In this document: positions 42,601 through 52,000 of the stretch, piece after piece | Numbering within the stretch: the first letter of the stretch is position 1 | Layout: each line of letters opens with the position of its first letter | Assembly (NCBI GenBank): GCA_002633005.1 | Contig: NMRA01000003.1 | Location: 415,672-479,671, forward strand | DNA length: 64,000 nucleotides | DNA from: Phoronis australis | Taxonomy: Eukaryota; Animalia; Phoronida | Direction of reading: 5' to 3' | Translations under genes and position numbers: made by a program | The notes under the pieces: generated by a model | The model's input: the letters and a program-made list of their open reading frames with translations, nothing else | The model's database searches: none | What the model was told of the DNA's origin: nothing

Positions 42601-45600
42601 ATGAAGATTTGCTGGACCATGGTCCATTAGCAAGAAATAATCCACGCCAATGGCTAAAAGCCTGAAAACATTTATGTGATGACCCGAGTTATTACGTAAA
42701 TTATGTCATTTCTTGGTTAAACACGATATGAAACTGAAAATTGTTGTTTTTAGATGTATCAAAGCATCTTTTGAAATTTGATTTTCTGAAAACGCCGGAA
42801 AATATGAATTTTAAACACGAGGGTTGCAGATTATGTGCTTAATGGGTTGGTAGCCATGGAGACGGTACAATCATATAGAGGTACTTGTAGCAACAGATAT
42901 TGACATTGTATTTTTGCTAATGTACTGCACCACGTAATGTTCCCTAAAATTGTGTTGCTGGTGCCCAGCCCAGGTTATGAGTCAAAATGTATTCTCATGG
43001 GTTGTTCTGCAAACGTTGTGCATAGCTGCTCATTTCCAACATTAAAATCTGTAGTTGCCACCAGTGGAACAGTTACCTCATAGATTAGTCCTACCTAGTT
43101 GTGCTCTGGCTGTGGTTCAATGTTTTGCCTGTTGGAATAATTATAGAGCAATATGACATTGCAGCTTCATGCGAAGTGGGTCAGTCATGTGGTCTTGAAG
43201 CTGGAACAATCGCCAGTCACACTGTTCACGTACAGTTACAGTACACGCCAAGAGTCATCAGACAAAATACTGTTCCCCGTCATGACGAGTAATTCCACTT
43301 ACAGTGACAATGATGAATATGGATCCTTCATGACTAGTCATTCTGCAGTTGATCTCTTCCCATAATCTTCCCATGCCTGGTCATGTTACACAGCCAATGT
43401 GATGTTGAATTCCTCTTGCACTCAGTCGTCACGATAGGAAATAACCGATTTTCAAAATAGCCACTCTGTATTGAATTTCACTTTCCCACCAGATAGTGAT
43501 CAGGTTTTTGGTGGACAGGGATTCAGCACCATCCAGAAATCCCGTTTTTCTCCTATCATAATGCCGGCAAATTTCCACTGCTTTGCAGTAAGGTGTACTG
43601 ATGACTCACAAAAAACGGCAATCCTCTTGAAATACACCCATGGATGAACGACATCATGCTCCATACATTTCCCATTGCGAAGAAAAATCTGTGGCTGCGA
43701 CTGATAAAGCGGGAGAATTTTGAGCCCAGCTTATTCCTTGCTCTTGCGAGTATTTCATCACTTCTGGGACTTTATAAAAGCAAAAATCAGGACTTCCTCC
43801 AGAGTATTAGGTAGTGTGACTACCAGTAGTCTTGAATTTCTGAGTCGAGATCAAGCGAAAGTGTCTTTCGCATTGTTTTTGTAATAAAGAGCGTCAGTTT
43901 GAAAAGTCTGCTATTCCAGGTCATTTTGTCCATTACTTCTGGCGTGTGCTGATACATAATGTTTTAAAGAAAACCTGTCCATTGGGTGGCCTGGTTCTGT
44001 TCCTTATATTAATTATTCAGTGTTGGCCTAAGTTGCTCCTCATATCATCTAGCCACAATTTTTTCACTAAGAATATTATTACATAGGTTGTATTTACACA
44101 GAGCATGTTACTTTTAAGGAAAGCTGTTAGGTGTTGCTGTCTTATCTGATTTATTTTTATCCTTGCATGCACCTAGTTGTGATTAACACTGTGCAGTCCA
44201 TGTCCAGTACTGTCAGTATGTCACATGTTAGTCCTCTCTACAGGGGGTTTATTCGCTCACGTAACAAAAGGCACAGCGTATGCAGCACTGGTAGCAAGTA
44301 AGATTTGGTTTCTATTAATTATTTTGTTAATATTGATGATTTCTATTAACTGATTTCCATTAACTTTTTACTTTATTTCAATAACTTGGTTTCCATTGCC
44401 TACTGCCTTTACACCAGCGTTTTGATTGTTTTTGATTTGATTTTATATCTGTATTTGTTTGGAGTCAACAGTTGGTGTTAAATCAATGTTAGGCGTGGCT
44501 TCACATCTTGCTATTATTGTTGGAAACTTCTTTTATTTTAACGCTTGGTTTCTTCAGTTCGTTTTTTGCATATTTTCGTCAGGAACTGGCGTAGTATTGG
44601 GATTTCACTTTTCCTCAATTGTTTCTATAGCAACAATTGGCCGAGTATGTTGCTGTTATTAGTAACTCTTGTTGCTTGCATTATGCTGTACATACAGCAC
44701 TCTTCCCTTGTCTAGTAAGCTAAGTACATTCATAAGTACATTCATTGTTACTCATGTGTTCCACATAATGTTACAGCCAGTCCTCACACTATGCTTTACT
44801 CTATGCTGTTTCCACTTCATTTCTCTGTAAAGCTGCCATAAACCTGACCTCCATCACGGAAACGGCAATAGTCTGATATAACGTGCCCGTATTTTGAGAA
44901 CCAGTTTACGCCCGTTATTCAGTGGAGAAAACTGGTTCTCAAAATTCGGTCACGTTATATCAGACCATTACCTCAGAAACTACTCATCTAGACCTCTTAC
45001 CATTATGTAACCGGTCATCTATTGTTCCTCAGTCAATTTAGGCACTATTTCTTTGCTCGGAGAGAATTAAAGATTCGCGATTGCTAGGAACCAAGCTGTA
45101 CAAGTGGGCTTGTGATGGTGGAGCGTTTTATGCGCCGAGCAAAAATGAACCTTTTTACTAAGCACATTAACTACTTCTCATCTGTGTTAGGAACACATCG
45201 AGACCATAATCTGATAAATGGTCCAATTTAAAAGCTCATTTCTTTCACGGAAAACAGGTTTATAGCCGTTTCAAGTCATCGCGTGTGATTGTGTTTGAAA
45301 AAAATTGCGGTGTAAATCCTTTATTCATTGTCATAGCTAATCTAGTGTGCACCATGGTAATTGCATCATTTAACACAAAATATGGTGGACATGCAAAATA
45401 GTGTTATACCTTCTCAGACAAAAGAATGATCAAGAAATTTCTATTTTTGGGTAAATTTAAAAAAGACACCAATTAGTAAAATTTCCTTTCTTGCAGCAAG
45501 CCTTTGAAATTAGAAAATAGACAAATATTGGTAAATATTTTGTGGGAAATATTTGTAGAATTACAAACATTACATGCCCAGTCTGCAGGTAGTGTGATTC

Positions 45601-45838
45601 ACCTGACTTATGTGTTAGTGTTTGCATCAACTCTTGTTGCAGTCGGTCATTTGGCAGGTCACCGAGAGTGTCCTCACCGTCGTCTCAACTCAACAACCAC
45701 ACTCTAAGTGTTCCTGGAGAGGTTCTGACCAATCACCAAGAGACCTGCCTGACTGTGAGTGTGCGAACAGACCCAAGCAATATGGTGGTTGCAGTACCAA
45801 ACGTGGGCATCAATCACGTGACACCGTGGGAAAATTGA
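27577..45838 (+). CDS. RGS7-like: R7-family regulator of G-protein signalling (DEP-DHEX-GGL-RGS; RGS6/7/9/11, EGL-10/EAT-16 family), 14 visible coding exons, N-terminus possibly incomplete
   Basis: Exons 27577-27673, 29988-30148, 30469-30520, 32132-32196, 33093-33169, 34663-34744, 36065-36157, 36578-36639, 38415-38528, 39521-39724, 40169-40258, 40967-41095, 41788-41991, 45643-45838. All introns are GT-AG and phase-consistent; total 1626 nt = 541 aa + stop. Motifs: [77 protein letters not shown]. The family call is secure; the exact paralog is not. Confidence 0.93.
28817..28996. repeat. 36-bp minisatellite, 5 copies
   Basis: Unit AGTTTCGGGTGGATTTGACTTAAGTGGAAGTTCCCC; explains the repetitive ORF 28747..28998. 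Confidence 0.95.
29988..30148 (+). CDS. RGS exon: DEP domain (GYDLCDWL...DDNTLYRFQ)
   Basis: ccag| acceptor, CAG|gtaaca donor; overlaps ORF 29945..30238. Confidence 0.95.
30469..30520 (+). CDS. RGS exon ([17 protein letters not shown])
   Basis: tttcag| acceptor, G|gtgagc donor; conserved PYFWPS motif. Confidence 0.93.
31159..31618. mobile_element. 460-bp non-autonomous DNA transposon with TTAA TSD (Kolobok/piggyBac-type target)
   Basis: TTAA|GCTTATGTAGGACC ... GGTCCTACATAATC|TTAA: 14-bp TIR with one mismatch. Confidence 0.85.
31849..32092. repeat. 35/32-bp minisatellite, about 7 copies
   Basis: Unit GAAAATG(TTG)TGCTGTGTACAGTATGGAATAAGGT. Confidence 0.95.
32132..32196 (+). CDS. RGS exon: DHEX ([22 protein letters not shown])
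   Basis: ttctag| acceptor, CAG|gtaggt donor; phase 1 to 0. Confidence 0.93.
32778..33047. mobile_element. MITE with TIRs of about 50 bp (PIF/Harbinger-like)
   Basis: GGGGTCTGTTTCATGAAA..CTTAAGACAGAA..TCTT vs AAGA..TTCTGTCTTAAG..TTTCATGAAACGGACCAC. Confidence 0.75.
33093..33169 (+). CDS. RGS exon: DHEX ([25 protein letters not shown])
   Basis: tttcag| acceptor, AG|gtgttt donor; KWxFIFMQAE motif. Confidence 0.92.
33196..33249. repeat. 18-bp tandem triplication
   Basis: CAGCCTGGTCACATGATC x3. Confidence 0.9.
34663..34744 (+). CDS. RGS exon: DHEX ([27 protein letters not shown])
   Basis: aaag| acceptor, CCG|gtaatt donor; DSQERAFW motif. Confidence 0.92.
36065..36157 (+). CDS. RGS exon: DHEX-GGL linker ([14 protein letters not shown]...SLHTE)
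   Basis: ttgcag| acceptor, GAG|gtaata donor; phase 0-0. Confidence 0.88.
36578..36639 (+). CDS. RGS exon: GGL N-part ([20 protein letters not shown])
   Basis: ttgtag| acceptor, GG|gtaagc donor; G-gamma-like L..AL...R.K.S pattern; phase fits both neighbours. Confidence 0.85.
36835..37440 (+). mobile_element. Helentron/DINE-1-like non-autonomous repeat (tentative)
   Basis: Four recurrences of (C)CAAATTT(C) cores, a GACG/GCGT microsatellite-like segment and a TTTATAATAATAG end. Confidence 0.4.
37943..38004. repeat. 31-bp perfect tandem duplication within a SINE-like remnant
   Basis: CAACCTCATGATGTATTTGAACCCACAGTCT x2; contains a minus-strand B-box-like GGGTTCAAAT. Confidence 0.85.
38415..38528 (+). 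CDS. RGS exon: GGL C-part ([32 protein letters not shown]...)
   Basis: tttcag| acceptor, AT|gtatgt donor; DPFL..PSNPW GGL signature. Confidence 0.94.
38574..38668 (+). mobile_element. Repeat-family terminus, copy of 19451-19548
   Basis: CCAGGTGATCAG.GCAATGGGCCCACA.GCG.GGCCTGC...ACCGCCTGCAATTATTTTTTT. Confidence 0.7.
39521..39724 (+). CDS. RGS exon: RGS box N-part (RRVKRWAF...[19 protein letters not shown]...AIY)
   Basis: ttctag| acceptor, AG|gtatgt donor; overlaps ORF 39471..39806. Confidence 0.96.
40169..40258 (+). CDS. RGS exon: RGS box middle ([29 protein letters not shown])
   Basis: ttgtag| acceptor, AG|gtatgt donor; the conserved GAP-associated Asn in VNID is retained. Confidence 0.94.
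40345..40905 (+). mobile_element. Helentron-associated (HINE/pearl-like) element with GACCTTGAC..CAAGGTCA core repeats
   Basis: Two CCTTGAC..TGTTTTCAAGGTCA palindromic cores (about 40600 and 40715) and a GGGGGCA.CAATT..AATGCTTG end; family assignment is from recalled architecture only. Confidence 0.45.
40967..41095 (+). CDS. RGS exon: RGS box C-part ([29 protein letters not shown]...)
   Basis: atttag| acceptor, AA|gtaagt donor. Confidence 0.95.
41189..41414. repeat. 56-bp minisatellite, 4 near-identical copies
   Basis: Unit TACTCACATCCAGATATCCTTTCTAATGTAATGGAATGTCTCATGTTACTTCAGTG. Confidence 0.96.
41788..41991 (+). CDS. RGS exon: Ser/Pro/basic-rich C-terminal tail ([24 protein letters not shown]...[11 protein letters not shown]...)
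   Basis: cttcag| acceptor in the correct phase; candidate donor CG|gtgcgc after 41991; unspliced, the frame runs to TAG at 42065-42067. Confidence 0.8.
42127..42858. mobile_element. Possible hAT-like non-autonomous element
   Basis: CAGGGCTGCCAAC ... GTTGGTAGCCATG, 13-bp TIR with 2 mismatches; no TSD. Confidence 0.4.
43561..43764 (+). pseudogene. Decayed THAP zinc-finger ORF, probably transposon-derived
   Basis: [15 protein letters not shown].. / [31 protein letters not shown] / RVFHHF over two frameshifts: CxxxxC, FP, W, R..F.P and HF hallmarks in THAP order. Confidence 0.65.
44864..44972. mobile_element. Short fold-back element (44-bp arms, 21-nt loop)
   Basis: GTCTGATATAACGTG.CCG.ATTTTGAGAACCAGTTT and its reverse complement. 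Confidence 0.7.
45643..45838 (+). CDS. Putative terminal RGS exon ([16 protein letters not shown]...NHVTPWEN*)
   Basis: ctcttgttgcag| acceptor phase-compatible with the 41991 donor; 64 open codons to TGA 45836-45838; ends in a PWE motif like the RGS9-2 C-terminus. Confidence 0.72.
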
Positions 45839-46153
45839 GTTATACGGTAATTACCAGAGTGCTGACAGTGGATCGCAAGGTTACGAGCCACTTCTAGTAT
45901 TTCTAGTCTCAACACAGTGTTTTTAATGGACAACTGTCATTTAATGCATGTTTAAATTTCACTGTACAATCTTTTTAGTGCAATTACGTGTTTCAAATTT
46001 TAAGACGAAACTGTGAAATTTTTATCTCTGAATCTCTGGATGCCTTTCCTCTTATTGTGTTATGTAATAGGAATTATTCATTTTGGGGTAAGTGCAGGTC
46101 TTCTAGACCTAGGTTGGAAACATGATGCCAAACTTCAAGTCCATACTAATACT

Positions 46154-46211
46154 CATCGCTGCTGTAGAACGGTCAGAGTAAGCATCGCTGCTGTAGAACG
46201 GTCAGAGTAAG
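46154..46211. repeat. 29-bp perfect tandem duplication
   Basis: CATCGCTGCTGTAGAACGGTCAGAGTAAG x2. Confidence 0.9.
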
Positions 46212-46842
46212 CAGGTTGCAGGGCACAGACAGCTGCTTATTACTTTGCTGCTTTTTATCATTTCCTGTTGCTTTGGAAGGTAATCATTTTGCGCCTCCTC
46301 GTGCGATTGCTTCATCATGCAGCTCCACCTTTGGATCAAATTATCTTTTTAGTTCCCTTGCAGACAAATGTCTGCGCTAAAGCTGGGTTTGACTGCTCCT
46401 GGAACTTTTGTTAGTGGTTTGTTGAGCTTAAGTGTGCATTGTATTTATTCTGGACAATCATGGGTCAGTGTATTTATGGATGTTGAGCTTGATAACGTAG
46501 TTGATAAATGTGTTCTGAAAGTACTCGCTCTATAGTTACTGACGAAGACGTGGTAAAAGATTTGCTGCAGATGGTTGGATTTAGTAGGCATGTTTCATTT
46601 GAGGTACAACTGTTTAATCGCATTAACTCAAGAGTGTTAAAAGGAAGGCTATGTACAATCAGTTTGTAATTGTAATTTCAGGTAAATCTGCTAAGTGTAG
46701 TTATTGTTGATTAATTTATATTCGTCACACTTTGTGACTATAGCTGTATTACATTATTTTACACTACATTGCTGTTCCATTATGTATGAAGATGATTGTA
46801 CACATCGTGTATAAACAAGACAAAAATATAGGCCTGAGTTTT

Positions 46843-46915
46843 ACAAGGATAACTTGTTCATCTGTTCTGGATAACACAAGGATAACTTGTTCATCTGTTC
46901 TGGATAACACAAGGA
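46843..46915. repeat. 33-bp perfect tandem duplication
   Basis: ACAAGGATAACTTGTTCATCTGTTCTGGATAAC x2.2. Confidence 0.9.
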
Positions 46916-47275
46916 ATGTCACTTGACTACAGATTTTTATTGCAACGTTCTTATTTTACTTGCTACAGTGGGTTAGCAAAATGTTTCGTTTGCCATCAAA
47001 ATCAGTCAATACTCGTGATTTAGAAAGAGTCAGCATTCTCATGAAAAAGAATCTACTTTGTGTGTATTGTGTTCATATTGACAACTATCCTGATTGGTGA
47101 ATACTGTTGTACCGTCTTTGTATCCTTCAGATCTATCACTACCTCTAGGACCATTGGTAAGTTACCAAGTGATGTTAATTACAAGAGATTGTTTTGTGAG
47201 AACATTTGTGTACTTTTATGCTAGGAATCTCTATCCGATTTGTGCAATATACATATAAATATACATATATATATT

Positions 47276-47292
47276 ATTAAAATCAAAATAAA
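47276..47292 (+). terminator. Candidate polyadenylation signals of the RGS gene (ATTAAA 47276-47281, AATAAA 47287-47292)
   Basis: Two hexamers after an AT-rich (TA)n stretch, about 1.45 kb downstream of the putative stop. Confidence 0.45.
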
Positions 47293-48477
47293 ATTCACTT
47301 ATCAATACCATTGCTGTGGTTACTTATTGTTTTTTTACCGTCAAGAACTAACAGTGATTATTCACCTGTCAGTTCCACACCTGTTGGTCACACTGCACAT
47401 GAGTTATACCCATACACACTTCTCGTGGTAGACTGGATTGCTGTGAGTGTGACTGAATGATGAACAGTTTCGAGTGTCTGTACCTGTTGTCAAAGATTCT
47501 GGGCTCAAACCCAACCCAGGACAGGTATTTTTTATTGAAATTTCCTTACAATAGACACAACTTCACAGACATTTTTTGAAGACTCCTGCATTGCTGAAAT
47601 TGCTGAAACCATTGTTTGCCAAATCTTTTAGAACGGCAGTGCTTTACTCTGTAAGCCGTTCGAACAATGAAGTAAAAACTGTACTGGTTCAGTTGAGAAT
47701 TTTAAAAAAGTTTACATTTTTCACATACTATGTACACTGACAACCCAAGATACCATTGGACCACCCTTGCCACTGTTATTTGATCACAATGCTGTGAAAC
47801 CAGTCAGTAATTCTCACTGTTCACAAGTTCACCTTTCTAATGCCAATTAAGTTTTAACAGTTGGACTACTGTAAGTTGCAGAACTATTATAAATATCTTG
47901 TTCTAACTTCTCTATTTGGGCTCAGAAATGACTTCTCGGCTAACCTTTCAAAAACTACGTTAATCGTGCAATCTGTTAGTCTTTCACCAAATACAAGGAG
48001 TGTTTAGTTCAAGACATGGCTATTGAAGAGTCTGCAACATGTGACCAACAGGGGGCGTGTTAAGCAAGCATACTAATACTGAGCCTGTTTCAATAAAATA
48101 GTGTAACTTAATGATTATACACATAAGAGTTTAAACAAAGACTTAAGTCATTTGTTGTGGCATCTTTGTTTAAAGTGTAAAAAATGAATGTCGGAATGTT
48201 ATGACAATGCAAACACATTTTTGCACAGAATTAATTATACCTGTCCATGACGCAACTCCTCACTGAACAAAGCCTCACATAAACAACTTCATTTGATGAT
48301 TGAATGGAGCTACTCCATGTCAGTAGTACCCGCAGTAACAAACTATTATTACAGTGATTACTTCATGTGGGACACTTGAATTGCAGGAAATTTGGCCAGT
48401 TAACAACTTTTAAACTGTTAGGGTTTATCCTTACACTTTTCAATCGAGAAAACGAATATGTTACTTGCCTAAAGATT

Positions 48478-48483
48478 TTTATT
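48478..48483 (-). terminator. Candidate PRKDC polyadenylation signal AATAAA
   Basis: TTTATT on the + strand about 400 nt downstream of the PRKDC stop. Confidence 0.45.
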
Positions 48484-48886
48484 GCAAAGCAATCACTCTT
48501 ACACTAGACCTGCAGTCACGACGTTTAGCTTATTCTGTTTATAAGACAGCATGATTTTGCAGACTTACACAATGTGCCAGATAAATTAAACTGAACAGAT
48601 CATAATTAGAACTTTTAATTCAAAAACTCACATCTAGAACCATACAAAATAAGTGCTTAACCTTTAATTTGTTTTGAAAAAAAGTAGGAACTAAATGCCA
48701 AGCAGGATACTCTTACCGTGTAAACAAAAGTACTCCATCAACAACACCATCAGCTGTTGAACTATGAATGGTAATGTATCTTTTGAGTTATGATTAATAT
48801 CCAGACTGCACACGTATGGCGCCAGGGATCTGTTTTAGACTAAATAAAGTCGACTGTGAAGCATGCATAGGCCAAGAAGCAGTGAA

Positions 48887-49097
48887 TTACACAAATGGTT
48901 CCCAGCCCTCCCAGGTTCGACCTAAGACTCCTGTGTCCATGGCTTGTTCAAGCAGACATAATACTTGGTGTTCAACTGTCAAACCTTTGGCTGGCATCTG
49001 TGCACGAGAACTGGTTGATTTATCGCCCGTAAGGACATTTATGTATAGCATGTGGAATTGCTTGTCTTTATCTTGCAGTCGCCTTTTAATCTCTTCA
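48887..49097 (-). CDS. PRKDC: PRKDC terminal exon, FATC (...[32 protein letters not shown])
   Basis: gcag| acceptor; TAA at 48889-48887. Confidence 0.96.
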
Positions 49098-52000
49098 CTG
49101 CAATGGATACAATTACTTCATAATGATTCTTTTACAAAAGGATAACACAAACACAGAAACCACATGCAAAGCCATCCTGCAAAACCTTGGTTTTGGTTCA
49201 TATTTAAGGGTGGAACCCTTTTAGAGGTTTTTAAATGCCAATTTCCATCTCCAGTCAAAGTATACTTGGGTCCAGCATGTTTAGACAGTGTATAATAGGG
49301 TCCATAATGCCTAGAAAGAGTATAATTAGGATCCAGCGTGTCTAAAAGTGTATACTAGGGTCCAGGTGGAGTTTACCAATGGCTTGATTTATTGCATGAC
49401 AGTCCCCGAATATTTCACAAACAAAATGTATAAAGATACTATTATGTAACACCTCGTAACCAAATGTGATGAGGCAAATTCAACAACAGTCAATAGTTAA
49501 TATCCAAATCCTAATAAAAACTTTCAGACAGAAAAATCATGAATAAACTCAACTCTTATCCACAATGAATGACAGCAGGTTTACTTCAAGCATTAAAAAA
49601 TAGAATAAACACAGAAAAATCAGGAACACTAACTGGGAATCAAACCACAGGTCTCTAAATCTAGTGCTTTTACTACGGAGCTACTGAGGACCCGACAACT
49701 CTGCAATTACTGTTTGCAGCCAACTGTTATGTCATACATCCCATGGGTCACATTACTTTTTCACACAAGATTTAGACAATTATATAATTAGCAATTTACC
49801 AGAATGTGTTAGATATAGAAAGTACAGACTCTAATGTTGGCCATTAGTGAATCAAATAAACACAAGGAAATCAGGAATTGCACATATATCAGTATCTAAG
49901 TACCAGAATGACAAGCTAGAGACCTGCAGTTATATTTCCCATTTGGGGTTCCTGATTTTTCTGTTTATTTGATTCACTATTGGCTAACATCAGCCTCTGT
50001 AATTACTTAATTAAGAAACAGGAATAAGACAACTGCATTGCGACCCCATCCTATCAGTTCTACTGACCTCATAATGGCCGCAGGATTGTAACCCTCCAAC
50101 TTTTTCCTTGCGGACCGTATTTGTTGCTGGTAAAAGTTGGTCACATCCATATCCTTACTGTCTTGCTTCAGGCGGCTGGCTAATGCCTACACAGAAACAA
50201 GCATAAAACTATGACCCCCAAGATCAAACACCCACAACATTTTTGTTTTGAAGTTGCATACTAACTGAAAGAGGAAATTCTTAATAGAAGTGCGACTTGC
50301 CTAGCGACAACATTCTACAGATAGATACTATGAGTTGATGTTCATGCAGCTGTCAGTCACTTCTGTAACTAACAGCTGCTTGTCACTGACACTTATTTGG
50401 TTTCGCAAATTCAGACAGTGGTCCAAGATTTCGTCAGTAGCAAAGTCAGTGTTCAGTGCCATATTTACATATTGTCACGCTTTTGTAAGCGGGTGGAATG
50501 CACTCTTGTTTGTGATACAAATCTTATGAATACACAGCATTCCAAACTAAGGTGGGAAGTGTTCTGAGTACACCTTTAATGGTAACTGCATACTAATGGT
50601 AACAATGGTCATAGTTATTCAAATATCACCCTTTTAATAACCAACCCATGAATATGCAGATTTCTAAAGTCCTTGAAGACTTATTACACCATATCTTAAA
50701 TGTCAATTGTCATGTAGTGTTTGATTTTACTTTATTTCTGTTTCTGTTGACAAAGGACGTTATCACATCCGAAAATTTCAGTTGATTCATTCTTGTTGTT
50801 TTATTTACCTATTTATATTGAAGACTCCAGAAATGCATGAGTACCAAATGGCAATTTTTTTCTTAAAATTTGTGGCTTTCCAAAGTCTCACAGAGATGGT
50901 TATGAATTACAGAGATGCTATAAACATTGCATGGAACTTACTGCATCCTGTTGGTCTGAGGTTATCTGTTGAGGCTTTAATTGAATGTTGAAGTATTCAT
51001 TAAGAAATTGCAATTACAGTTGCAAATATGGCCTGCACTTTGTGTTTTAATTTTTTGTTTAAAGTTGCATTTTGTTGTGCAATGCTAGTTAAAACAAACA
51101 AAAATTGAATTAAGTCTATTACTCTAAAAATAGGTCTCGTAATATTGTGTACCATGATAGGAGTTTTATTTCAGATCCATTACCAACAAGAACATTTGAA
51201 ATCATTAGTGACTCAAGAACAAGCTTCATATTTCACTGGAGTCGGCTGAACCTAAAATTGCAATTTGAAAATAGCGCGTGTACGCATTGGGTGTGACTTG
51301 GTTTGGTAACAGTTTGGTAATGGAATCCTATCACAGTAAGGAAAATTATGAGACCAATTTAATGAGACTAAAATTTGATTTACGTGTTTTAGTCACCTAC
51401 AAAGGCCACAATGCAATTTTAAGATTTAAGGTACACAAAGAAACAATGGCAAGCCAAAACAAAATCAATTTTGGACACTACAAATTAGTCTTAAAGTTAA
51501 ATTATGTAAATCCCATTGACGCACCAGCCAGTCCACTGAGGGGTCCTTCATGAACACGTCCATTACTGTGAGCAGTAGCTGAGGCTCCTTCCTGAGTGCA
51601 CGGAGGGCGTGTACCATGGAGCTGTCAATCAAACCTTTAGTTTTGAGCGGCATCATCAAGTTGACTATTTGCCTGGTCATACGGAACGGCATCAGTTCAG
51701 GGAAGGGAAGTGCCTGAAAGGTGACAACGGGGAAAATAGAATAACGAGTGAAGGGGATGGCAGCTGTCTCAGTTTGTTACGTCTTTCTACAATGACCAAG
51801 ATTGGATGATTGTTGCAGGCAACGGATATCAGAAAAGAAACAAGTAATAATTCAGCAAGTTAGAAAACAAAGAATTAATAAATTATTAACTTAGGCCAAT
51901 CTTGGTCAAATGTAGGTTTTTTTTAGTACTTCATGAACATAAATGTGCAACATCCAAGTTCTGGCATGGTTGTGTCAAGTACTAGTCCAGAGGTATTGCT

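Noticed and set aside
43101-43365. Two overlapping short + ORFs as an extra RGS exon
   Set aside because: I found no acceptor/donor pair giving a phase 2-2 exon and no recognisable motif; an alternative last exon cannot be excluded without transcripts
48816-49145. 109-aa plus-strand ORF
   Set aside because: Antisense shadow of the PRKDC FATC exon
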